Source: a virus (taxonomy: Duplodnaviria > Caudoviricetes). From it: 64,000 nucleotides of DNA. Position 1 is the stretch's first letter; each line of letters starts with the position of its first letter. The stretch covers positions 140,229-204,228 of the IMG/VR virus record IMGVR_UViG_3300001487_000119; one strand, written 5' to 3'. The position numbers were made by a program, and so were the translations under genes. The notes beneath the pieces were generated by a model. It did not search any database and was not told the DNA's origin. It saw only the letters and a program-made list of their open reading frames with translations. Positions 40,530 to 51,464 of this stretch are shown one piece after another.

Positions 40530-42448
40530 TATGCAACCCATTCAACTTTTCCTTCATATATTGTTGAATTTACATCTATTCCGCCATTATCTATTATTAA
40601 TGCAAAATAACGTTCTGACATCGGAACTGCCATAATTTGTTTTGCATTGTCTGCACTTATATAAAATGATAACGAACCTAAACTAAAATTAGTTTTTGCA
40701 TTATCCATATTTGGTAAAATTTCAATATTTCCACCATTAACAGACGGGAATATTAATTTATATTTCCATGGGCCTGTTAAATCAAATGCAGTTCTCGTAT
40801 TATCAGCATTTAATGTATATAATCTAAGTTGATAATTAGAACCTGTTCGATGCAATCTTAATGTCATTCTGCCCTATGCATATACATTAGCAATATCATC
40901 ATTAACACCGACAATCAACTCAGTAACATCATAATATTCTCTGATAATTTGCGGTTTTGATTGAATTTGTGCAGGATTAGAAATTTTAAATTCTGATTTA
41001 TCAATTTTATTAACAATTTTATAATTAATAACATTAGTTGTATCAATTTGTGTTAATATATATTTGTATGGATCTTTAATTGTCATTGATGCGGAACGAA
41101 CAATATCTGTATTATTCATTCTGTTATACAAGTGGCAATTATATTGAATAACAATAGATTTGCAATTCATATTTGTTCTCTCTTTAATATATGGAACAAA
41201 TTTTGAAATATAAAAATCGCCATCATCAGGTTTTCTATAACTGTAATCTATTGTATTTGTATAAAAATCTGTATATGTTTCAGATTTTGTATTATTCGGA
41301 TCATCAATATGATATATTTTATCATAAACATATGTAACAGTTAATTCATTAATAATTATCCATTTACACGGAATATCACCTTCATTGTCACCATACATTT
41401 CAATAAATTCATCCATTCCGTCATTCGCAGAATCATATTCGCTATAGCTAATTAATGGAATTTCACCTGTATCAATTTTCCACATTATATCAAGATTAAT
41501 GGGTTCAATTTGGTTACCGTCACCAAATGTCGGATAATATATAATAGAATGTGTAGTGTCATCTTCATATAAATTAACACCGATATTATTTGCATTAGAT
41601 TCCGGGAAAATAGACATTTCTTTCTTTGCATCTAATATAATATCCTGCGGCCCCCTTGTATCATATTGATTTTCTAATGTTATATTATTAAACTATGCTG
41701 TTGCAAATTCAATAATAATATTAGAGAACCTGTCAACTTTACCTCTTAAATAATATGTTTCATTATTATCATTAATATATTTGTAAATATAATCAATATT
41801 TCTATTATTAATAGCAATATCCTATGCAGACGGGAGCTTAATTTCAATATATCTGTCATAAAATTTGCTATTCAAGTATAATGGAGATTCTAACCAATGA
41901 ATATTATCTTTTAATTCCTCTTTAGATATATACCAATTTAAAAGATATATATAATCATCTATACGATTAACTATTGTATTTGCATATTCATCTTCGCCGG
42001 TTACTTTAATAACTTTGCCTTTAACTTTAAGAGAATAACCTGCAATATTATTCATAATATAACCGGTTAACAAATATAATCGTATAGTATCACAATATAT
42101 AGAATCTTCACGTTCTTCTTCATTATTTGTATCTTGTATTAATCGACCAATTTGATAATCTGTATTATTTACATATATATTATGACCATATGGATATTTT
42201 GTATTATTATTCGCTATTTCAATAGAGGAATCAATACCGCCATAATATTCTGTAAAATTATCATCTTTTAAATATAAACCATGTTTAATATTATCATTTA
42301 ATATACAGTATTGATTATTATCAACTCCTTCATATACTAAATACTTACATGGTTTTCCGGTTGAATTCCTTGTAATTGCATATTGATCAGTCTTATATTC
42401 TAATAATACTTGTCCGGTTACTTGAAAAAACTTTGATTGAACTGCCAT
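40529..42448 (-). CDS. putative virion structural protein, code 15, 639 aa
   Basis: three track ORFs join through TAGs; ATAAATA upstream. Confidence 0.75.
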
Positions 42449-42545
42449 AATTAACCTTATATAATTATTATTTTATTATTTATTTGAATAAAATAAAAGA
42501 CCACCAATTTCTTGATGATCTTTTTATAAATTATTATAATTAAAA

Positions 42546-43166
42546 TTATCGTTTGCCTGGGCGAATACTTCTATTATATCTTTCATTTAAAAATCTAGTA
42601 AATCCGCCAGTTCTTCTATAACCTCTTGCTTCATTTACTTTTTTATTAACTGCACCGCATTCAGATGTTGGAGCATCTCCGCATTCATTTTTTGGTTTTT
42701 CTTGTTTATTATCAACAAGCGGTTTATCACCATTATCACCATCAGCTTCTTGTCCCTTAATAGCTTTTTTATCATTTTCACCATAAGTTTTACGAACTTC
42801 ATTAGCAAGGAAATTTGCAGTATATTGCACATCTTCATTTTGAAGTTCAACTAATTTTTGTTGGAGATTTTTATCTAAACCACGATTAAGAATTGCATTT
42901 GCTAATTGAACAACATTGGCAATTTTTGTTGGATTTTCCCCGATTTTTTTAGATTTAACTAATTTTACCATACCACGAATAACACCGGCCCAATCTTCAG
43001 CTGTTGCATTTTTTGTGATATTTTGAATTTGTTTATCCTTTTTAACCAATTCAAGAAGTTTATCAGCAACTTCTGTATCATCAAATTGGAAATCCTCATT
43101 AAGCGCTTTTCTTAATTCACGTGAAACATTATTAACAATGCTTTCATATAATTTTCTTTTATCCAT
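42546..43166 (-). CDS. late protein with LYESIV...ALNE leader (possible prohead core/internal protein)
   Basis: leader plus further (L/V)NE sites. Confidence 0.75.
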   Translation of the reverse strand: MDKRKLYESIVNNVSRELRKALNEDFQFDDTEVADKLLELVKKDKQIQNITKNATAEDWAGVIRGMVKLVKSKKIGENPTKIANVVQLANAILNRGLDKNLQQKLVELQNEDVQYTANFLANEVRKTYGENDKKAIKGQEADGDNGDKPLVDNKQEKPKNECGDAPTSECGAVNKKVNEARGYRRTGGFTRFLNERYNRSIRPGKR

Positions 43167-43174
43167 ATTATAAT

Positions 43175-43540
43175 TTAATTATTTTTAAATATATTTCTAA
43201 TTTTATCTATAATAGTTAAAGATTTTTTATCATCTTTAATAATTTTTCGTATTTCAATGAAATCTAAATTTTCTGTATAATATGTCGGAATAGCTTTAGT
43301 TTTATCTTCAATAGCTACAGTGATAGTTGCATACCATACACCATTATGACGAACATTATCAAATTTAAATGACTAATCTAAATCTTCATCTAGAACCCCC
43401 ATTTTTTGGGATTTCTTTGCGATTTTATCATTTAAATATGCATATGATTTAATAGCAATAACTTCACCAATTTTATTATTGGTAGTTAAAACTAAATCAC
43501 CGATTTTAATATCCTAAAAACTAATTTTTGTTTTTGACAT
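43175..43540 (-). CDS. hypothetical protein, code 15, 121 aa
   Basis: MSKTKISF(TAG)DIKIGDLV; 2 TAGs; ATAAATA upstream. Confidence 0.7.
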
Positions 43541-43570
43541 TACAGATATAATTTAATCTTTTATTATTTA

Positions 43571-45691
43571 TTATAATTTATTCTTATCAATTTTATCACT
43601 TATATTTTTGAATATGGTTTCAAACATTGTATTAAGTGATGATACATTAAATGTATTCATATTCGGTTTATTATCATAACTAAATTCACTGTTTACTGTC
43701 AAATCTTCTTTATATTCTAATTCACCGTATGCATGTAAAATCTAATTTTTTACTGTATCATCACAACAACCTAAATTTGGCACAGTTATATTATAACCAT
43801 TTTCAATAACATATGCAATCATTTTTATAAATTTATATAATTGTGCATATGTATCAATACGCAACCAATTATCACCTAATGATAATGGATCATATTTTCC
43901 GGGATAACCATAACCACCTCTTGTATAATTATAATTATATAAATACACTGCAAACTACTGCGGATATTCCCATGTTTTTCCAGTACCTTTCTCTTCAACT
44001 GTTTTATTATGATCTTCAACAATAAGAATACTTAACAAATAGACAAAACGTTGTAATAATGCAAATTTATTATATGCATGAATATCTTCAGCCTCTGTAC
44101 TATTTTTAGATGCGTGAATATCTCCAATCTATCCATTACTATATTCTCCAAAACAGTCAATAACCGCATTTGCTAAATGAATAGATTCTTCAGATTTGTT
44201 ATTTAATTTAGAAACATCTGCTTGACATCTGCCCTAATTATCTATTTGGAGAACCTTCAATCCGGTCATAAGTTTTTTCATTAATTGTATCTCTTCTTTA
44301 GTTAATCCATCAAAAGTTTCATCATCAAAACCACCAGTTGGAGTATTATTTATTTTTTCTGTACATGCATACTATGCTTTAATATTTCCGCGTATAAAAA
44401 TATCTCGAAACAAATAATATTTTGCAATCGGACTACAATGAATTCTGTCAAAATGTTCATCCAATAAATTTATAAATTTATATAAATTATCTAAAAAATC
44501 GGCTTCATATTCTTCAACTAATTTATCAACATTGATTCCATTATCTTTTAATATCAAATCAATAACAGGTAAATCAAATTTTCTGTATGGATCAGTTGAT
44601 GTACGTTCTTTATTTAATATACTGGTTGTTAAATAATTGGTTAATTTTTTATTTGTAAGAACATAATTTGGAAGTTTTCTGTTAATTTCATCATAATTGG
44701 TTATAACAGTTTCTGAAAACATTTCCTGAATTTTTTGTTTGCATTTTTCTTCATATGATGCGGCCTGTTTTTTCTCTTCTTCAATATTACCAATTTCAGA
44801 TTCAATTAATTCTTTAAATTCCTATAATTTTTCTTCATAGTTTTCCGGTGTAAACTAATAATTAAAATCAGTTTTAACATTACCTTCATTATCACATATT
44901 AGTACAACCATTTTTAGAAAATCATACCAATTATCAAATGCATTATAATATAAATTTGTATTAGAATAACTGAGATTTCCGGAAAATCCTTTTAAATGTT
45001 CAACAAAATTATGCGGAATTTTAACAGCATTATCTATTTCAGTAAATCCATTTTTATTTAAACCATTATATGGATAATAATAATTTTTATTATTCCATAT
45101 ACAACGATATATAGATATTTCTTGATTTATTCCTATAAATTGAAGAGGTGTTTTAATTTTATTAAGTAAACTTTCTGCAGTTTCATTAATTCCATAACCC
45201 AAATCTAAATAAATATCTCCGATATAAACCGGTCCATTAGCATAAGTTTCACAAATTTTAATTAATGGATATGATATTGTCATAAATCTAGAAGAACCGT
45301 TATGACCATATGAATTGCAATTTCCTATATGTAATTCTTTAGTATTATTATTTAAATCAAGATATAAATAATATTGTTTCCATTCTTTTTTATTATTTTG
45401 TATAATTTCAATATATGCTAAATAATGTGTATTACTGTCTTGGTGATATTCTTTCCATGCATATTTAATATCATTATTTACTTTATCTAACATTCCTATT
45501 GGATTAAATACATACTGTTTTAAAAATGTATCAAAATCAATAGTGCTTGAAACTTTGGTACTGGTTTGTGACATCTAAGTTATATCAACGTCTTCGTCAT
45601 CAAAATCATCTAATGAAAAGTTAAGATGATGTACTGTACTTTCATATATTCTATTAAAATCAAAATCTGATAATTTTTCAAATTTAAACAT
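43571..45691 (-). CDS. large late protein with IYES...FSLDDFDD leader, code 15, 706 aa
   Basis: three track ORFs join through about 8 TAGs. Confidence 0.75.
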
Positions 45692-45740
45692 AGTTATTTT
45701 ATATAATTTGAATTATTTTTATATTTATTTTTATTAGTAA

Positions 45741-45768
45741 AAACTAATATATTAAACTATTCTATAAT
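45741..45768 (+). promoter_or_regulatory. middle promoter AAACT-N17-TATAAT
   Basis: direct motif match. Confidence 0.6.
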
Positions 45769-45795
45769 AAATAGAAAAACTAAACAAAGTTGTTT

Positions 45796-46962
45796 ATGAA
45801 AACTAATAAAACGATTTTATGTCTTGATTGGAGTAATATCCTTTTTAGATCATTATTCATAAATCAACTATATGGCACTAAAATGACATATGACAATATT
45901 GAAGATTGCCAATCATTCATTTATAAGTTTGCCACAGATGTTTGTTCAATTATTAATATTTTTAAACCAAATAATGTGATTCTGTTGACAGATTCTCAAC
46001 ATGCGTGGCGTAAAAATGTTTTGCCTGGAGAAGACGGATACAAATCAAACCGTCAAAAACAAGAAGGGGTTAATTGGGATAATATTTTTAAGTGTTCAGA
46101 TGATCTGAAGCAACTTTTTAAAAATGCAGGTTGTCATGTAGCTGAATATGAGCACAGTGAAGCAGATGATATGGCTGCTTTGTGTAAAGAAGTGATATTT
46201 GAAAAATATCATGATTATAATTTAATTATTGTTTCTGCTGATGCAGATTTGCGTCAATTAATTGATTTTGATCCATTGACAAATCAATATTGTGCTGTTT
46301 ATAATACAATAGTTAAAGGTAAAACTGGTAAAAGATTTCTTTACATTACTCAAGAAATGCAAGATTGGCTTAATAAAGAAGATCAAATTGATATTTTCTT
46401 TAGTAATATAGATGAATCAAAGCAATATATTAAAGATATTGTTGCACAAAATGTTAAAATTGGAATTGAAGTTGAAAATCCGAATGAAGTTCTTTTGCAT
46501 AAAATTTTTTGTGGTGATGATGGTGACTGTGTTCCCAGTTTTTATAATTGGATTCATAATGGAAAAGTTGTCAGAATTACACCGGCAAAAGAAAGAAAAA
46601 TTCGTGAAATGCTTGGAATCAAAACCATTCATGATTTAATTCAAGCAAAAGATAATTTAAAACCAATACTTGAATCAGTTACTAAAAAAGATGTTAATGA
46701 TATTAATGTTATTGAACGTTTGAATCGTCAACGCACTTTAGTAGAATTAAATTCAAGTTTGTTCCCTAAAGATATTCAATCATATAAAGATACTATTGAT
46801 TATATGATTCAATCTACCGGAGAAGCTGTATTTGCCAATATGAAAGCTGCAAATATTCTTAAAGGCACTGAATATGAAAATTCTAATAAGCCTAAAGCAA
46901 TAACAGCAAGTGTATTTAAAGATATGGAAAAATATGGTTTAACAACTATTCCGATTTTCTAA
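45796..46962 (+). CDS. 5'-3' exonuclease / T4 RNase H-like flap nuclease
   Basis: CLDWSN, YKSNR, EADD, SADADLRQL, GDDGD. Confidence 0.88.
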   Translation: MKTNKTILCLDWSNILFRSLFINQLYGTKMTYDNIEDCQSFIYKFATDVCSIINIFKPNNVILLTDSQHAWRKNVLPGEDGYKSNRQKQEGVNWDNIFKCSDDLKQLFKNAGCHVAEYEHSEADDMAALCKEVIFEKYHDYNLIIVSADADLRQLIDFDPLTNQYCAVYNTIVKGKTGKRFLYITQEMQDWLNKEDQIDIFFSNIDESKQYIKDIVAQNVKIGIEVENPNEVLLHKIFCGDDGDCVPSFYNWIHNGKVVRITPAKERKIREMLGIKTIHDLIQAKDNLKPILESVTKKDVNDINVIERLNRQRTLVELNSSLFPKDIQSYKDTIDYMIQSTGEAVFANMKAANILKGTEYENSNKPKAITASVFKDMEKYGLTTIPIF

Positions 46963-47002
46963 AAATGAATAATAAATAACAAAAATAATAATTAATTGAA
47001 TT

Positions 47003-48076
47003 ATGAGTAATAAAAATAATTTTGATGAATCTGAATTAGCAGCATATGCCCAATCTGTTGAAGGATCATAGACGCCAGAGATGACAATGCCTGCTGAAGA
47101 TGCTCCAAAGGTTGTTGAGGAAAAAACTGAAGAAAAACAACCTACTATTGAGGAACGCCGTGATCTTGCATCTCAACGAATTGCAACACCAGTAAAAACA
47201 ACAGCAGAACTTCATGCAGAACGTGAAGAAGAAATTCGTCGTGAATCTGCAGAACGCGGTATTGGAAATGGTATTGTCCCAGTTGAATCTCTTCCATCTA
47301 AGGGTTTATTTTATCCTATTGGTACAAAAATTTATATTCGTTCAGCAACACTTGGCGATATTAAACGTTGGTCTTCTATGAATGAATCTGATATTAATGA
47401 TATCACTGAAAAAATGGAATCAATTTTTGAAAGTTGCTGTACTATAACTTTTGGACCTAATTCAGATAAACGTGCAAGATATAATGATATTCTTGATTTG
47501 GATCGTCTTTATATTTTATTTGCAATTCATGATTGGACATTCCCGGAAGGTAAAAATGATGTCAAGATTAAAATATCTGAAAAAGATGATATCATTATGA
47601 GAAAAGAAAATGTCAAATTTATTGAATTCCCAGAAAAACTTATGAAGTTTTATAATGAACAAAAACGTTGTTTCTGTTTCCCGGTTGAAAATAAAGGAGC
47701 ATTTAAAGAAACAAATGGTATGATGGAGATTCATATGCCAACAATCGGTATTAGTAATTGGTTAAAAGATTATATGACTATTGCAAACCAACGTCATGAT
47801 AATATTGATGAAGATTTCTTAACATATGCATCATTATTAATTCCTGATTGGAGACTTTTAAATATTGATTATTATTATAATTTAATAGATAGTACTACTG
47901 ATTGGGGAACATATGAGTGGTCATTGATTTCAAAAGTAAGAGATATTATTGTTAATTCTGCCGGGAATCCAACTATAACATATCTTGATAAGGGAGGCGT
48001 TGAACATGAGGTTCCGCTCTACTTTCGCAACGGACTCAAATCATTATTCCAAGTAGAACTCAAGATCGACCTTTAA
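47003..48076 (+). CDS. baseplate hub assembly / tail chaperone (gp26-like), code 15, 357 aa
   Basis: LPSKGLFYP....IYIRSAT; N-terminal extension through one TAG; ATAAATA upstream. Confidence 0.7.
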
Positions 48077-48524
48077 TGAACCTGAAAAAACTGATAATGA
48101 ATTATATAAATTAATTTATGATGAAATTAAATTATATCCGGCTTCATATCCTATTTTACAAGGGTTTGGTATAAGTTATAAAAATTCCGGATATACACAA
48201 TCATTAATTAGAACATCTGCTGAAGTATTAAATCCATGTGTTGGTTTTAATCATACATGGGAACAATTAGTAAATATAATTTATTATTTAGTTAAAGAAG
48301 GACATTTTGCAATGTCAGATCTTGAAAGAAGTGATTGGTATTTTGTAAGTCTTTTATATGATACTTTACGTGAAGAAATTGAACAAGAAGCTAAACGCAG
48401 AGAAGAAGAAAATCGTAGACAAGAACAAGAAATGGCCAATTATCAACAAATGCAAGATTATCAATCTAAAATGATGGATAATATGAATTATAATCAAAGT
48501 ATACCTTCAATGCCATCATTTTAA
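48006..48524 (+). CDS. overlapping +1-frame ORF (gp51-like or frameshift extension), code 15
   Basis: open frame from 48006 with one TAG at 48054; overlaps upstream gene by 71 nt. Confidence 0.6.
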
Positions 48525-48565
48525 ATAATTAAAAGACACTAAGAAATTAGTGTCTTTTTCTATAA

Positions 48566-48593
48566 AAACTTTTATATTTTATAATTGTAAAAT
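48566..48593 (+). promoter_or_regulatory. middle promoter AAACT-N17-TAAAAT
   Basis: direct motif match after terminator 48531-48558. Confidence 0.55.
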
Positions 48594-48617
48594 ATATAAA
48601 TAATATATTTTTAAAAT

Positions 48618-49007
48618 ATGGTTTACGATATTGATTATATTAGAGATAATGAAAGATATACTTTATTTGATATTGAGATTTGGTTAAAACCAAGAGAATG
48701 CCGGTATGAAAATGGGCAATATGTAAAAGACGATACATGGCGTTCAGAATTGCATTGTACAACCAATGGAGCAAGTATTGCAAAATTTGTTTTTGAAAAC
48801 ATTAATACACAAGAATGCTTAAATGATTTTCGAACAGATTGTGAAAAAATTGAGTGGCTTCGTGGTTATTTACATGAAGAACATAAAAACTATTGGTTAT
48901 CAATGGAAGAAGCATCTAATATGTTGTATCATAATCATTTACCAGATATTAAAAAAATAATTTTTAATTTTGCTGAAAAGTGGAATCTTTCAATAAATGA
49001 AGACTAA
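48618..49007 (+). CDS. hypothetical protein
   Basis: 129-aa ORF. Confidence 0.7.
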   Translation: MVYDIDYIRDNERYTLFDIEIWLKPRECRYENGQYVKDDTWRSELHCTTNGASIAKFVFENINTQECLNDFRTDCEKIEWLRGYLHEEHKNYWLSMEEASNMLYHNHLPDIKKIIFNFAEKWNLSINED

Positions 49008-49033
49008 AAACAAAAATAATATTTAATAAAAAA

Positions 49034-49459
49034 ATGAGTAAAGAAAAAGAGCAAGAAGTAAAAGCCGAAGATCTCAATCTTGAATTACCATCTAGTATTT
49101 TAACTAAGGAATTTGAAGATGATGATAGTGATATGCCACTACCAGAGACAGCTGATTATAAAGATCCAAAGCAAGCAGATGACAACAGAGTATTATTACC
49201 AACTCCAAAATTCCATACATTATTTAATGAATGCTTAGGAAAAATGCCATATGCCGCTATTTTGAAGAATTCAAATAATGATCAAATTAAATTAGTGGAT
49301 TTGATTAAATTTGTAGAAGTAAAAGCTGGTGGTTTAACAGTTAAAGAAATGAATACTATTATTTCATTTGTAGCTGGATGCCCATTAGAATTTGTAAGGC
49401 CATTTATGGAAATTGTAGAATCTGCTGAACGTCAAAAAGAACTTTGGGTTTTGAAGTAA
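49034..49459 (+). CDS. hypothetical protein
   Basis: 141-aa ORF. Confidence 0.7.
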   Translation: MSKEKEQEVKAEDLNLELPSSILTKEFEDDDSDMPLPETADYKDPKQADDNRVLLPTPKFHTLFNECLGKMPYAAILKNSNNDQIKLVDLIKFVEVKAGGLTVKEMNTIISFVAGCPLEFVRPFMEIVESAERQKELWVLK

Positions 49460-49497
49460 AAAAATAAAGGAGGAACTTTTAAATTCCTCCTTTTTCA

Positions 49498-49674
49498 TTA
49501 ATGTTTTCTAATATAACCTAATGCAATATTTATTTGTTTTAATTCATCTAAAATTTGTAATAATATATTATCACTATAATTATCAATACTATTTTCATTT
49601 AAAGTTTTCTTAACTTCTTTAGATACTGAAGTCATAATGCTTTCATATAAAGCTTTTTTGTTATCTTTTTTCAT
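49498..49674 (-). CDS. small late protein with LYESIM...TLNE leader (58 aa)
   Basis: MKKDNKKALYESIMTSVSKEVKKTLNEN; ATAAATA upstream. Confidence 0.7.
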   Translation of the reverse strand: MKKDNKKALYESIMTSVSKEVKKTLNENSIDNYSDNILLQILDELKQINIALGYIRKH

Positions 49675-49720
49675 ATTATTAACTATTTTTTTATTATCAA
49701 TATATTTATTTAATTATTCA

Positions 49721-51427
49721 TTAAGAAAATATCATATATTTAATTCTAATTGGATCTGGATTTGGATTATAAACAACCAAACTAGTTGGCAAATTCAAAT
49801 CATGAGATTGTGGATCATCATCTTTTCCAATAATCATGTATGCTTCACCAACTTTATTCCATAAATCATTTTCATGAACCCATTGCAAATATCTAAATAA
49901 ACCTATAATATTCTTTTTTCTAGAATAATAATTTTGTCCCATATATGTCAAATCATCATCAATGTCTTTATTTGGACGATATGGATCCATATAATCAGTA
50001 TCAATATCTTTAATTTGCTATTGAACTGAATTTTCTGATAGCTTTCCATCATCCCAACCATCTGTTAAAGAGCTAACTGAATTTTCTAATCCAAGAGAAC
50101 CGAATTCTGGATGCAAATGTCTGAAATCTTTTTCCTCTTTAACTAAAGTTGCATTAGACAAAACTCCATAAATCTTTGGAAGGAATTGATGTTCTTTGGT
50201 AGGCATATATAATTTAACTTTTGATTTAATATGATTAACCCAAAGTGATGCATATTCATAATCATCTGTTTTAGATGGCCAATCAGGAATAAGAACAATT
50301 CCTCTGAATGCACCATTTGGATATTTCATTAATGGAATTCTCTTATGTCTATCTTCTCTTAACCAATAAAAATCTCTGTAATATGCATTTAATTCATCTA
50401 TGTGGGTTTTAATATCATTAATTATATTGTATAATGCTTCCAAAGCAGTATCATCTAAATAAAAATTAATTATATCATCATCATAAACAGTATTTTGTGC
50501 CTCGATATTATATTTTTCGAGCCATTCTTCATCTCCTGTTTCTTCCCACATTTTAAAATAATCAATCATTTTCCTAAATGACTCAATATCTTTAACAGCA
50601 TCAATATAATTATGTAATAACCAAGTATATAAATCACAATCGACTTCATAATTATCTGTAGGATTAACTGATACTATATCATTAATACCGTCACCATCAG
50701 AATCTTCACCGGTTTGTTCAAGTTTCATAGGTTTATATTTTTCAATTAAATCATACATAAATTGTTTTAATTGCTTGATGCCCTTTTTAAATGGAGAATC
50801 TGGAAAATCTTCAGATTGAAATTTAACAGTTACTTTTAAATTATTGATATAATAGAAATATCCTTCTTTTTGTGACAAGAAAACTAAATATTCATATGTA
50901 TGTCCGTCAATCTCGTCAACTTCATCTTGAATAGATGCAGAAACTAAAATATTATATTTTTGGAACGCATCATTAATTTCTTTAATAAATGAAGTTTGTC
51001 TATTAGCTGCAGTATGAATATGAAAACGTTTTGGTGCAAAATTATTATAAATCACATCAAAATCACAATCAATATATTTTTCATATCCATCAGTTTCTTT
51101 TAATTGCTTTGGAATAACATAATAATATGAAGCTGCTGACAAACCAAATTCTTGTCCCTGTAGAACGGTTGCAGAATGAGGCTGGAGAATTCTGGTTTCT
51201 GTAGTGTATTGAGTAATTCCACTTGCATGAATCTAAGATAAATCAATATTAGACAATGGGTTGCCATTAGAATCTGTTATAGTTCCGGCAGAACCGCCTG
51301 ATACACTGCCTATAATATCAAATGATGTATTATTTTCATCAATAGCTGAATTACATGTATATCCAGAACTGACTACATTATTTGATGTTGAATATAATTT
51401 ATAAAATAAATTTTTATTTGATGCCAT
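49721..51427 (-). CDS. putative structural protein, code 15, 568 aa
   Basis: three track ORFs join through 2 TAGs. Confidence 0.75.
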
Positions 51428-51464
51428 ATTAATTCTATTTAATACTTTTTATATTTATTAAATC

